From the NCBI RefSeq assembly GCF_011386835.1, contig NC_088791.1:206274001-206338000 (forward strand): a DNA stretch of 64,000 nt. The letters are read 5' to 3'. Below, one piece after another: positions 21,797 to 34,608 of the stretch. Numbering within the stretch: position 1 is the first letter of the stretch; the number at the start of each line of letters is the position of its first letter. Position numbers and translations under genes: made by a program. A model generated the notes under the pieces. The model saw only the letters and a list, made by a program, of their open reading frames with translations. It was not told the DNA's origin and did no database searches. The DNA is from Chrysemys picta bellii (Eukaryota).

Positions 21797-22351
21797 TGTT
21801 AGGCTCTGATAGAGGCCTCCCTACAGGATGGGGGAGCAGGCAGATACCAGACACAGTGATATAAAATACTCTAAATATTTTTATTGATTACAGGATAAAC
21901 CCCACTCACTCCACATTCACACTCCTTTCATACTACACCAGAATCTGAAGATCTGAAGGAAATCCCAATGGCCAGTCGAAATTCAGTCTGATCACAAGGC
22001 CTGGGGAGCCCCATGTTACACGCCTCTTCTTTTTCAGGACTCTGGGTCGGTGTCTGACTCTAACCTTTTTTATACACCAGACTATTGCGTCATTAGCTCT
22101 TTGTCTGTTTACTAAGCCTTTCATCCATAATTCCAGAAGAGCAGTTCCAGGCAGGCCGCCATAATCCAAGACATTCCATTTCCTCTTATGGGCATGATAA
22201 AGTTTGTTTTGCACAGACAATGCTTGAGCAGTTATAACCTTAAATCCTTGCTTCAGCTGCCAGCACGCTACTCACATACTGATATCAAGCATATAGCATT
22301 TATAATAGGCCCATATGGCCTATAGCGTATTGCAACATATACATTACAACA
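21797..22351 (-). repeat. 5' LTR (555 bp)
   Basis: TGTT...AACA termini; AATAAA (minus) 21880-21885; TATAAAA (minus) ~22068-22074; adjacent PBS. Confidence 0.96.
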
Positions 22352-22360
22352 TCTATAGCC

Positions 22361-22430
22361 CAGCAATTAGGGAACTCACCTGGGAGGTGTGTGACCAGCA
22401 ATTAAGGAACTCACCTGGGAGGTGTGTGAC
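22361..22430. repeat. 35-bp tandem duplication
   Basis: CAGCAATTA(G/A)GGAACTCACCTGGGAGGTGTGTGAC x2, one mismatch. Confidence 0.95.
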
Positions 22431-22503
22431 TGTGTTGCAGTTCCCCTTTTTCCTATGAATATTTATTTATATATAGTGGAACAGCTTCAATGGGAGAGGG
22501 ACC

Positions 22504-23027
22504 TGTTGCCAGCCCAAAAGGGCCCGAGGAGGCAAACAGCAGAGTTCGTTGCACGGTTTGCTTCGCACTAATAGAGACACCAGGTGTGGAGAAGCAAAAC
22601 AACTTTATTCAAGAGCTCTGAATAGGCACTAGGAGACCAACATGTCTCAAATCAAGCGCAGCAAATACAAGCAAGTTTTCCCTTTTATATTCCAAGCAGT
22701 TTCTGTGCAGGCTTTGTCTGTTACTTTTCCTCCTACCCCTCCTTCCCTTCCCTCCTCAAGCAGTTGCAGTTAGGAAAATTCCCATCCGTCTGCTTATCTT
22801 TGACCTTGTTAGTATGAACGAAACAGCAGCTATCTGCTAGAAAAGCTGACCATTACATTACTGCTTTAGCCTGCTTCAGCATGTAAGCAGTTAGCATAGA
22901 TGTAGGTGAAAGTTCACAAGATGGAGTCACTGTGGCTCACTTAGACCCAGAGCAAAGGAGTTTCATCGGCACTTATGGCCTTCCACTCCCCTGAGTTACT
23001 TGGTAGCTATGCCTAGTGACACCAACA
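22504..23027 (-). mobile_element. Solo LTR of a second family
   Basis: TGTTG...CAACA termini; perfect 4-bp TSD GACC (22500-22503, 23028-23031); minus-strand TATAAAA ~22683-22689 and AATAAA 22604-22609. Confidence 0.88.
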
Positions 23028-23059
23028 GACCTGTCTAGGTTCTTATATGTTGCTCATCA

Positions 23060-23300
23060 ATGTAGAGCTAGGACACTGGACTGGAAGCGAGGACAGTTGG
23101 GTTCTGTTCTGGCTTTGTCACTAATCATCTGAGTGATCTTGGGTAAGTCACTTCCCCTCCCTGTGCCTCTGTTTCCCCTCTCCCCTTTTGTCCATCTTGC
23201 ATCTTTAGACAGTAAGATCTTCAATGCAGAGACTGTCTCTTAGTAGGTTTGTTTGTACACTGCCTAGCACAAAGGGTCCCTGATCTTGGTTGGGTCCTTT
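23060..23300 (+). mobile_element. MIR-like SINE with L2-type tail
   Basis: GGACACTGGACTGG...CTTGGGTAAGTCACTTCCCCTCCCTGTGCCTCTGTTTCCCC...GTACACTGCCTAGCACA. Confidence 0.7.
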
Positions 23301-25398
23301 AGTAGATTTGAGCCCCTCTCAAACTGATACTGTGGTTATGTAAACATACCTTTCTCTCTCTCTTTCCCCTGGTCTCTTTCTTTCCTCCTCTCATCAGTGG
23401 CTAGACTTTGTTTATTTTTCATTTATTTTGTGTATCTGGGGTTATTGTGGGAAGGCTAGTCTGAAAAATCAGGTTTCAGGCATTGAGGTTCATTGTCGAC
23501 CTGACCTGTTCCAAGAGTTCCAGATTAACATGCCAGGCTGAGCTCATTGGTTGCCTGTCTAGTTTGGGGTTCGGTTATTATGTCAATGGGCACTGTGGGG
23601 AAACTTGTACTGCTGTTGACTGTAGTACCTGCTCTGGGTGGCAAATAATGTCTTAGGGATGAGGGGAATGAAAATGTCAGATCCATTTAAACATATTGAA
23701 ATTTCTTTGTTAAGGCTCTTGAACTTTTAAAAACCATGCACACACAAACAGCACACCGAGATTCCCATAAAAAGTGTGTAGTTCACTTATCTTCATTAAT
23801 ATATGTAAAATATGGCCTGACTCTCCTCTCATTTACACTGGTGGAACTCCATTGACTTCATCTGAGCATCTTGTGGTATAAGAAAGGAGAATCAGGCTCA
23901 TAGTATTATGTGAGGAGTTCTGAGTGTATCATAATCAGTGGAACTGGACTCATAGGGCTAATATTCCCTGGAGGGAACAGTGGAACAGGGAACGCAGAAA
24001 GTTAGGTTGGAAGCAACTCAGCCATATGGATAGAGAAGAGCACATAGTTTAATAAAATTCCACTTGTTCAGCATAAATTACATTCAGTGTCACACTGTGT
24101 GAATGAAACACAGATCACCTACAGCGAGCGCCAATGGTCACCTATAGCCGCTAACTAATGCTGAGATCTTGGTTTAGCTAGCTACTGATTTCTGCTTCCC
24201 TTGGTCCTAAAGTGAATATAACACCTCACCTGTCACCCCGTTTATCTGTATTTGATACTTTGTAGTATCTTGTTGCTCTCCTCTTCAGCATAATCTGAAT
24301 TTAGACCAAATCAAATATCCCATGACTATTTCTATTGTCCCACTCCTACCAGGTGGGGACTAGATGCAGACTCTGGACAGCCCCCAGGAGGAGCTTCTCC
24401 TCTAGGCTCCTCCTCTTGTTAATTGCAATAATATCACCCCTGAAGATGCAACAGTAGCATACCTGTAGAAAAGAGCCTGTTCTCTAGAGGAGACAGAGCA
24501 CTGGCTGTCTTCCACAACATGTCCTCAGCCAGGGCTTTTGCCTTGAAGAAACCTTACTATAGAACCAAGTAGTTATGAGTCTAAGAAAATTCCTCTCGAT
24601 TGTTGCATGATATAAAAAAGCTGTTGGTTATTTCATTTGATCATTCATTACGAGTGGCAGAGGATTTTAAAATGCACAAGCAGTACCATGAACTTTCTTG
24701 CTCTGCTCTTGAGTCAAATGAAGTTTGGAGTTTCCCCCAGGTCAATGGAAACCCCATATAAATTCCACAGGTTCCTTAGATCTCAAAAGGTCAATTGCCA
24801 CTGCATCTGAGTGGCATACAGAGGAACAATTTTCCATAGTTGCAGAAGATAAAGTTATCTTGGTTCTTGGTTACAATACTCATCAACGTTAAGTACATTA
24901 AAGAAAAATCCTATCACTTTTAGCATGGAAAGGGAACATGCTCAGATTACACTGTCTAATTTTTTTTTCAAAACTACCCTGAGTTCAAACTGAGAGAGGA
25001 CTAAAAAGAAAATGTAAAATTAAAATAACCTAACATTCTGGATTATCCATAATATTACCACAATGTGCCCAATAATGAAACAGGATACCCCTGTCCTGTA
25101 CTAGCCTTTTCCCAGGGATATAGATATGATATCAGGAAATTTAAGGGAAACTAATGCAGTTGACCATATTGTATTATTAATTGCAGTGTAATTCATTTTA
25201 GATTAAATGTGAAAGGACGGAACATTTAAAAATATCTTCAAGGCATGCAGCCAGTAGACATTCATTACAGACATTATTTATAGCTTTCAAAAAAAGCACT
25301 CTGCTACTTGTTTATCTTAATCAGATTTGTTTCTTGGATGCAAAAATAAGCAAGAACCCTTTTTAATTTGTGCAATATTCCTGCAAATAGAAGAGATG

Positions 25399-25409
25399 TG
25401 CTGAGTCAC
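25399..25409 (-). promoter_or_regulatory. Consensus NRF2/Maf (ARE/MARE) motif GTGACTCAGCA
   Basis: Exact motif match only; no functional context. Confidence 0.2.
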
Positions 25410-26799
25410 GGATAAATAATTCACTTAGGCTTGAAACCAGTTTCTAAATGCTGCAGACTCTTCACTGTTTTGTTCACCTTGTCCTATTCTGGTCAAAGGG
25501 TTATGAGAAACAGATCACAAGAGGCGCTCCAATCAGGAAAAAAAAGGTTTTCTCTCTTTAAATTACAGCCATGACATCACACTAAATTATTCATAGCATG
25601 CCAAGTCATTTTATATTGGGTCAAGAGACATCTCAGTTTTATTTCCACAAAACACTGCCCATGTTTGCAAACAGTTGGTTTTCCTGCTGTTTGGAAAGTG
25701 CATGGGAATCTTCTTGCCTTTACCCATTCCTGATTAACCTTGGGAGCTGGGATTTCCCAATTCAAGATGTTGACAAAGACACATATTAGCACTAGCAGTG
25801 AGAGTTTCTTCCTGACCCATCAGGGTCAGAGAGTTAATGGTCAGTGTGTCATTAGGGCTGTGCCTATATTAGACTTTTGCCCCCTAAAATTTCCTGGAGT
25901 ACAGAAATCATGGATCCTCTTGAGGTGTGCATGTGTGCATGTAGAATGGTTGTGAGGTTTTATTCACATGTGAGAGGCATATACAGACCCAGTTAGTGAT
26001 CTCTAAGGCATGGCACTTTGGCCCAGATCCTCTAAAAACCTTTGAGGCTCTGGGCCTTCCATCTCCGTGTCCCTCTTAAAAGGAAAGAACATTGACTCAT
26101 ATAGCGTGACCAGAGAGCTCCAGGAGAAGCTAAGACTTGGGAGAGCATCTCTCTCATGTCAGATGAATTGAGAGAGGACATCTGGAACCCTTTAAAGCTT
26201 GATTAACAAAGATAATTACATTTCAATGCTAATGAGGGAAGTATAAAGTGAAGGCAGCCTCTAACACAAAGATCTTCCAGGGAAACTGCTCCATTGCAGC
26301 AAAGGGAAGCTATTGGCTATGGGGATCAAGTCCATATTCTATAGGTTGTTTTGGTTGTTTATACAGTAAGCCAGTGATGTGAATGAGCTGTCCCCTGCCA
26401 TCTATTGACGAACTGGGGGAAAGGATCTCACAAGCAGACTATATTTGTATAGACACGCCTACTTTTCAAGGAAATCAGCAGACAGACTTGCTTTGCCAAA
26501 GTGATCAATTTTGGCTGTTTTGGGTTAAAATTCCTTTAAGTCTTGGATACAGGAGTAATGAAATGTTGTTATCCTTATTTTTTTGACTAAAGGGCAACAT
26601 TTAGGAATTTTTTTTTTCCTTTCTGTTTTGCTTCAGAGGAGCCTTTGGTGATTTAGGATGCCTGGGGTCTTGGGGAGAAGGTATGGTTGTAGGATTTGTA
26701 CCTAGCTACACCATGTCTCTAACATATTCTTATCATAAGGTAAACTCACGTAAGTCTCTCTGTACACATTACAGTATAGGACTGATGCTCCTCTAGAAT

Positions 26800-26989
26800 G
26801 GGGGGAGGGATAGCTCAGTGGTTTGAGCATTGGCCTGCTAAACCCAGGCTTGTGAGTTCAATCCTTGAGGAGGCCATTTAGGGAACTGGGGTAGAAATCT
26901 GTCTGGGGATTGGTCCTGCTTTGAGCAGGGGGTTGGACTAGAAGACCTCCTGAGGTCCCTTCCAACTCTGATATTCTATGATTCTATGA
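26800..26989 (+). mobile_element. Turtle tRNA-derived Cry SINE with CR1 (ATTCTATG) tail
   Basis: A box TAGCTCAGTGG, B box GAGTTCAATCC; 3' CR1-like end GGTCCCTTCCAACTCTGATATTCTATGATTCTATGA. Confidence 0.92.
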
Positions 26990-27760
26990 ATGCTGGGGGA
27001 CTGTCCTGTCTTTCATTGGTCAGCCCCAGGTCCTGAAAACCAATGTCAGGAAATACTTATAAATTCAGTTTGGAGACAATGTGAGCTTAGTGATCAACTT
27101 GTGTTATGCTGTAGAGAACATCATCACATTGCAATATGGAGGGCCAGATCCTAAGCTGGAGTAAATCAGCATTGCTCCATTGCCTGCTGTGGAGCTCTGC
27201 TGATTTGCCCCAGCTGAAGATCTGGCCAAAAGACTGTTGTAATGACTTTGACCGTTTTTTTTTTAAAAATCCTATTGTAGTTGTACTTTGTCCAAATATG
27301 CTGGTGATCAGAGAGCTCCAGAAAAGGTTGCCTAGGCATAGTATTGTAGGTCCCAGTAGTGCAAAAATGTACACATGATCCTAGCTTTAAGCATGTGAGT
27401 AGACTCACAAAATCAATAGGGCTAGTCCTGTGCTTAAAGCAAAGCTTGGGTGCAAGTGTCGGTTGGGTTTGGGCCATAGTCCCCCACCCCTGAGAGTAAA
27501 TGCCAGTATGATACCATGGAGTTACATTCCTTTGTAAAGTTGTTGAAGAGGTACTGAGACTATGAAATTACTGCAGCAAGTCATCAATGAACAATGACAT
27601 GAAAAATCCCACTGCACAGAGCGAATACCTAAAGTGCTCTATTATTGCTGTGCTCTTCATTACTTTCAAAAACAGGAAAGCAATTCACCAATTCCAGAAT
27701 TTTCACACCCAAAAAGCCAATAAAAAAATGGTTTCTAGCATTTACAGGCAAGTAGCTTGA

Positions 27761-27900
27761 CCACACCCCCACGCAGCTGCCACAACTGCCAATCATGGAG
27801 GCAGGCACCCACAGCTGCAGCCAATGGAGGAAACAAGTCCTGCTATAAAGAGGGAGAGTACAGTAAAGGAAGTGGAGGCAGAAAGGGTTGGGACAATAAA
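27761..27900 (+). promoter_or_regulatory. CACCC-CCAAT-CCAAT-TATA cluster followed by AATAAA; probably an LTR U3/R remnant
   Basis: CCACACCCCC 27761; CCAAT 27789 and 27821; TATAAA 27844; AATAAA 27895. LTR ends/TSD not found. Confidence 0.35.
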
Positions 27901-28099
27901 AAGGAGTCAGCCCACCCAACTCCTCACTAGGCTGCCTCTGCAAACACAGCCAAGCAACTGAATAGACTCACTTAGAGGTGAGGGTCGAAGAACTGCCCTG
28001 ACTAGGGGCTAATTAAGGAAGGCTAGTCAACCTCTCAAGCAGGGACCCCTCAAAAGATCACACCCAGAGCAGGTGACAGATCCAGAGTACCTTTCCCCA

Positions 28100-28599
28100 C
28101 CCTGTGTTATACTGAAACAGTCTTTTGTCTCTGTTCATAGACAGGGCAATCCCTTGTCTGTTGTAATGTTCCTTTTTTATGTCCAAGTAGTTTTGATTGT
28201 TCACAGTTGTCTGATGGTTTTCCATTAATAGTTGTGGGATGGAGCAAAGCTACACAACTGAGTCTTTTATTACGTCACCAGCTAACCTGGGCAGGGTGAC
28301 AACTCTCTTCTGCTTGAATAGGAAATCAGAGAGACTTATTATGCTCTGGTGACTAACTTTTACATCCAAGACCATAAAGCATACTTTCAATATATGTACA
28401 TTAGTCCTTAAATATGACCTGTACACACATCTTGCAATGACTATGAATTTTGACCAGTTACAAGCTTTCTGCAGGTACTTTACACACTATTCTTACTCTG
28501 CAAGACCTGTGTGGTGTGTAGTGTAGTAAGTTTCAGGTCTGAAGTAAGAGATGTTTGCAAAGAAGAGGGGACCCATCAGCAAGGACCCTCTCTGTCACA
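28100..28599. mobile_element. Probable LTR fragment
   Basis: Ends ...CTCTGTCACA; resembles common turtle LTRs; left boundary and TSD not defined. Confidence 0.3.
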
Positions 28600-30269
28600 T
28601 AGCCCAAGTATAGATAGAATCTCAAATGTTTTAATCATCTTGTTGTCTAACCCTGCTAAGAACAGCTGTGCACACAACAGTGCTTAAAACGCTGGCAGTT
28701 GTTAGTGTTAAGAGCTGGTGTAAACAGCTGCACAGCGACAGAGCTTTTCACGGCATGCACAAGTTTTACTGGCCTCACAAACCCAGGAACTATGCTACAT
28801 ATTTCTGAGCACCATCTACTGGCACTTTCTCTGTTAACTGTTTACATATGCAGACACAGTGAACTCCTGTAACAGCATGTGCTTATGTTTCTGTGCAATG
28901 GTAGGAGATTTTAAGAAAAATGACACAGTAGACAAGACCTCATATCTGTCTAAATAAGCATATCCAAACTAGTTATGCCCTCCCTGGTTGATATTTCCTT
29001 TCAGATACATCTTGATTTTCAAACCACACAGAACAGCAGTATGAATTTCTTACCACATTCCAGTGTAATGTAGCTCATGTTTAGTTCAGCAGCATGTGAG
29101 CCCTGGTCTAGCTAGGCTATTTAAGGTATTCAACAGATATTTTTTTTTAAGTCAAAATATGTCTGGTCTTGACTTAGTGGCACTTCCGTGAACAGACATT
29201 CTTACAGATGATAATTTAAGCACCTGTAACAACTTGAATGTTGAATACAATTATTATTTTGTTATAATCTAGTTAACTGAAAACTGAGACCTTTTCCTTC
29301 TATTTATTGGTGTTTCAAGCAGCAGTAGGTCAGAAGAAGCCATTTGACTTGTTTTCTCAGAGATGCTTGTATTCAGTGTGCTCTCTCTTCTGAGATAGAC
29401 AAGGAAACATTTGCAAAGGATTATTGGGGAAAGTCTTTGCCTCAAAACCCTGTGTGCTGGGTGCAGCAGTAGTAATTTGCATTGTGCTATATCATGTTAC
29501 ATCTTGATTGGGGTAGGGCCACTGACTCCTCCTTTCCAGATCCAGACCATCCTGAGTTTGGGACAGTGGCCGAGCCTGGCAGCTTTTCCCAAAGCAACAT
29601 CCATCCCTGCCATCCATCGTGTTGGAGGTGAGCTGTAAAAGGTCACTGGTCTCTAGACAACACTACTAGATAAGGAGTGTGTGTGTGTGGAGGCAGGAGT
29701 GGGTGTCTATTGCTGTGCTTACTGTAAGAGGAGGAATTATGTGGAGGAAAAAGGGTTCTGGAAGGATCCTCCACAGGTTTGGCTAGTGTTCAATGGTGTA
29801 TCAGAACCAAACATGCAAAACGTTTAGGTTGCGTCATCACTAAGTGTATATATGTACTTTTGCCATTGCGAGGTTGCTTCACTCCACACTGTACTTTTAC
29901 ATGTCATCTCTAAGTCACCTAGGAGATTACTTTTTCCTTAAATGATACTGCAGAAGCAATCGGTTAGATGCTTATGGTAAGCCGCTTCATTGAAATGGGA
30001 GGAAGCTGGGTGCTCTCTGTTAAGAGTTCCAGACTCTGGACTTCACTCTCTGCCTCAATCTGGCAGCCTAGATTTGTTGACACTTCTGCTGACACTTAAA
30101 ATGTCTCTTATTATTATAAGAATATACTGTTTAGTTAGCTCCAGCATTATACTTGGCCCTCAAAAATAGACCATTCCTGCTCTGAAAAGCTTCCATTCAA
30201 AGACAGACACATTGAAGACAGGAAACTCTGGGAATCCCAGTTTTTACATTTTGTGGAGTTTATTTTTTG

Positions 30270-31859
30270 AGGAGACAAAAAGGGGGAAAAAAGAGAACGC
30301 GGGGAACTACAGACCACCGGTCAGCCTCACCTCAGTCCCCGGCAAAATCATGAAACAGGTCCTCAAGGAATCTATTTTGAAGCACTTGGAGGAGAGGAAG
30401 GTGACCAGGAACAGTCAACATGGATTCACCAAGGGCAAGTCATGCCTGACCAACCTGCCTTCTGTGATGAGATAACTGGCTCTGTGGATATGGGGAAAAC
30501 GGTGGATGTGATATACCTTGACTTTAGCAAAGCTTTTGATATGGTCTCTTACGGTATTCTTGCCGAAAGTTAAAAAAAGTATGGATTGGGTGAACGGACT
30601 ATAAGGTGGATAGAAAGCTGGCTAGATTGTCGGGCTGAACGGGTAGTGATCAATGGCTCGATGTCTAGTTGGCAGCTGGTGTCAAGTGGAGTGCCCCAGG
30701 GGTTGGTCCTGGGGCCTGTTTTGTTCAACATCTTTATTAATGATCTGGATGATGGGATTAATTGCAGCCTCAACAAGTTCGCAGATGATACTAAGCTGGG
30801 GGGAGAGGTAGATACACTGGAGGGTAGGGATAGGGTCCAGAGTGACCTAAACAAATTGGAGGATTGGGCCAAAATAAATCTAATGTGGTTCAACAGGGGG
30901 AGGGATAGCTCAGTTGTTTGAGCATTGTCCTGCTAAACCCAGGGTTGTGAGTTCAATCCTTGAGGGGACCACTTAGGGATCTGGGGCAAAATCAGTACTT
31001 GGTCCTGCTAGTGAAGGCAGGGGGCTGGACTTGATGACCTTTCAAGGTCCCTTCCAATTCTAGGAGATAGGATATCTCCATTAATTTTTTTTTATAAGGA
31101 CAAGTGCAGAGTTCTGCACTTCGGAAGGAAGAATCCCATGCACCGCTACAGGCTGGGTACCGACTAGCTAAGCAGCAATTCTGTAGAAAAGTACCTGGGG
31201 ATTACAGTGAACAAGAAGCTGGATATGAGTCAGCAGTGTGCCTTTGTTGCCAAGAAGGCCAATGGCATATTGGGCTGTATTAGTAGGAGCATTGCCAGCA
31301 GATCGAGGGAAGTGATTAGTCCCCTCTATTCGGCACTGGTGAGGCCACAACTGGAGTATTGCGTCCAGTTTTGGTCCCCCCCCCCCACTACAGAAGGGAT
31401 GTGGACAAATTGGAGAGAGTCCAGTGGAGGGCAATAAAAATGATTAGGGGGCTGGGGCACATGACTTACGAGGAGAGGCTAAGGGAACTGGGGTTATTTA
31501 GTCTGCAGAAGAGTGAGGGGGGATTTGATAGCAGCCTTCAATTACCTGAAGGGAGTTCCAAAGAGGATGGAGCTAGGCTGTTCTCAGTGGTGGCAGATGA
31601 CAGAACAAGAAACAATGGTCTCAAGTTGCAGTGGGGGAGGTCTAGATTGGATATTAGGAAACACTATTTCACTAGGAGGGTGGTGAAGCACTGGAATGGG
31701 TTACATAGGGAGATGGTGGAATCTCCATCCTTTGAGATTTTTAAGGCCCGGCTTGACAAAGCCTTGGCTGGGATGATTTAGTTGGTGTTGGTCCTGCTTT
31801 GAGCAGAGGATTGGACTAGATGGCCTCCTGAGGTCTTTTCCAAGCCTAATATTCTATGA
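30270..31859 (+). mobile_element. CR1 LINE 3' portion (RT to 3' end) interrupted by a SINE
   Basis: [69 protein letters not shown]; ends ATTCTATGA. Confidence 0.95.
30896..31095 (+). mobile_element. Full-length Cry-type SINE (T-tailed) inside CR1
   Basis: A/B boxes; splits CR1 sequence GGTTCAACA|AGGACAAGTGC; ends GGATATCTCCATTAATTTTTTTTTA. Confidence 0.9.
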
Positions 31860-31884
31860 CCTTGGAACAATAATCAGTTCCTAG

Positions 31885-32350
31885 ATCTTAAGGCCACAAT
31901 GTACCATTGTGATCATCTAGTCTGATCTCTTGCATAACACAGGTCATAGGACTTCCCTGAATTAGTTCCTGTTTGAATTAGAGCATATATTGTAGAAAAA
32001 AACATCCAATCTTGATTGAAGAACTGCCAGTGATGAAGACTCCACCACATCCTGTGGTCAGTTGTTCCAGTGATTCATTACTCTCACTATGAAAAAATTG
32101 CATCTGATTTCTAGTCTGAAATTGTCTCGCTTGATCTTCCAGCCTTTTGTTCCTGTTACACCTCTGTCTGCTAGATTGAATAGCCCTGTATTATCTAATT
32201 TCGTATTCCCATGTAGGTATTTATGAACTGTGATCTCTCATCCTTTTCTTTGTTAAGATAAATAGATTGAGCTCCTTGAGTCTATTGCTATAAGGCATAT
32301 TTTCTAATCCTATAACGGTTCTCATAGCTCTTCTCTGAACCCTCTCCAGT
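31885..32350 (-). mobile_element. Older CR1 3' fragment
   Basis: Reverse complement gives CR1 3' coding/UTR motifs similar to 58018-58680. Confidence 0.75.
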
Positions 32351-34608
32351 TTAATGGCAAATTCACCAGAGAAGTAGGTGGTGGTGGTGGTTGTTTTAAT
32401 GAAGGATAATTTTTACTTTCTGACAGGTTTTTTCTCCCTTAATAGATGTAACATTGTTAAAAGGCAGCATAAATAACTACGGTGTATTACATAACTAATT
32501 CCCTCTTGTTTCTGACCAGAATTATGTGCTTCAGTATATAAAAGCAACATATTCAGGATTTTTTAATGAGGAAAATGGCTTTTGACCCACTCTGATGCCC
32601 TGATAATTGAACTGAAGGGTCACAGCTGAGCAAAAGATTTTTTTTTTCTGTGTGTTGGAGGGTTGATTTGCTTTACAGCGAGACAGTGTCAGATTGGATT
32701 CAATGAACAGAACGCAGTCCTATGTATCTGGGACATTCTGCAGCAGTGTTGGGGGCTTGCTGTCTCCAGAAACTATTTTAACACTCAAGCTTTCACATAA
32801 GGCTCTTTCCATTTATCTCTAGTTTTTTCTTTAGCATCTGATAAAATGTTTCAGAAGAGAGACGAAAGAAACAGCTGATCTGTATTGTGAGAAGAAAAAC
32901 AATCTGAATGAATGGAATCAGATAACATTTCCATTGAAAAGTTCAGGATGAGGTGCCGCAATATTGCAAAGTCACAAAATCACATCTGTAAGATGGAAAG
33001 CCTTTCCTTTATGTTTTCAGGGTGCTTTCTAATTGAAGATTAAATGAAATGTGGTAATATCCTGCTCCTAGTTATTCTTTCAAGGGTGAATTGTAATCTT
33101 CTAATTTTATTTTTGCAGCTCTTGAGGGGCTGCTCCCCTTTGGGAAATATAGAGCTATTCAGGTGATGAGGGAAGTAGAGAGGATGTTGTATAAACAGAA
33201 CAAAATATTAAACAATACGATCCAAATGTTTCAAGACTCTGATTAAACTAGAGGAAATGACTATAACTGGAGTTTCTAATAACAATAGATTCTGGGAAGT
33301 GAACACTAGCCTCTGATATCTGCCTTCCACAAATCTGTAAATAACTTTAACATGCCCATGAATGTCATAGCAGTGTATCAGCAGTATCTGAGAGCATTGT
33401 TCAGAAAAGGGAAACGGAAAAGACTGAGAACATTTTGAATATGCTTCTGACCCAAAGAAAATGAGACTATACCTTTTTTAATAGACGACTTGCCTTTTCT
33501 TCTAGGAAAATAAGCCATAAAATAGAAACCTATTCTTGTGAAATCTAATATTTTAAAATGGCTATTTAGAGACAAATTGTGTTGATGCATAAAGCTTGGA
33601 TCATTCATTTAATCTTGATCTAATGAAAACCATATCTGAATTTGCTAAATTAATTCCTCTCACTGAAAAGTGAGAGAGAGGAGCTTAGATAGAATACCCT
33701 GATTTTATTAAGACATTATTGAATGGTTTCCTCTATCAGATATCCTGAAGAAACACAAATTAACACTTTTATCACTGCAATGAGCACTTTAAAAATGTGT
33801 TAATTTAAACAGGATGTAGCTGTATTATATCTAGGATATTGTGATTCAATGCAAAGATTACACCTTAAATCTGTCCACGAGAGGAATCTCAGGAATAAGT
33901 CAACACATCCATCCTCCATTAACAGCATAGACATTGCTCTGTGGGCCAAAGTCAGAAGTACCATTTACAATATAGCCAACAGTTCCTTCTGTCCCCTCCT
34001 CCCCACCTGATTTTTACACTGTTTGTATCAATCATAACAGCAACACAGGCACAAGCAGCGCAGCAGCTAACATCCAGAATCAGAGTTGGCACTTGTGATG
34101 CTGGAGACACTACTTCATTGCTCTTGGTTCAATGACAAATACAGGAAGGTTGTCAAACCTCTGAGTGATGCCAGGAGCTGCAGCATGATTTGGCAGAATC
34201 ACTGATGATTCTCGGGTGATTGGGAAGATGGATTGGCCATGCACTTGCCAACCTGGACTGAGTATGGCTTCTGAGGAAGAGTTTTGTCTTCTAAATATTG
34301 CAGCTCTCTGGCTACCAGGAAGATTTAGAATAGCACAGTGGAGGTGGGGAAAGTAGAGGGGAAACAGTTCTTCATTAACGGAACAAATAGGGTGATTTAA
34401 AACTTGCTGACATGCTGTGAACCACTTCTCCAAACCTTTAGGAGCTACTAATATGTATGCAATAAATAATTCACTGATATTAAATAAAACTGAATGCATA
34501 GATTCTTGTGGCAATCTTGCTGATGCATCAGTTGAGTGACAGAAGGTTAGGTATTAGGACTAATCTTTGGCAAGCATTTGTTTCGATGTTAAAGTTAATC
34601 TGGAATAA

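Larger units (their letters stand above)
16727..22351 (-). mobile_element. Internally deleted endogenous retrovirus, lokiretrovirus-like (LTR-PBS-[gag/pro/RT deleted]-RH-IN-small ORF-env-PPT-LTR)
   Basis: Paired LTRs, PBS, PPT, RNase H, integrase and class I env motifs in retroviral order. ERV call is firm; the loki-like lineage is inference (~0.6). Confidence 0.95.

Noticed and set aside
16727-22351. Foamy virus assignment
   Set aside because: No accessory ORFs between env and 3' LTR, short LTRs, Ala rather than Lys1,2 PBS, fusion peptide directly after the furin site.
26800-26875. tRNA gene
   Set aside because: tRNA-like head of a SINE followed by a CR1 tail; same for 30896.
34110-34514. 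134-aa minus-strand ORF
   Set aside because: No recognisable domain or convincing splice context; such lengths occur by chance.
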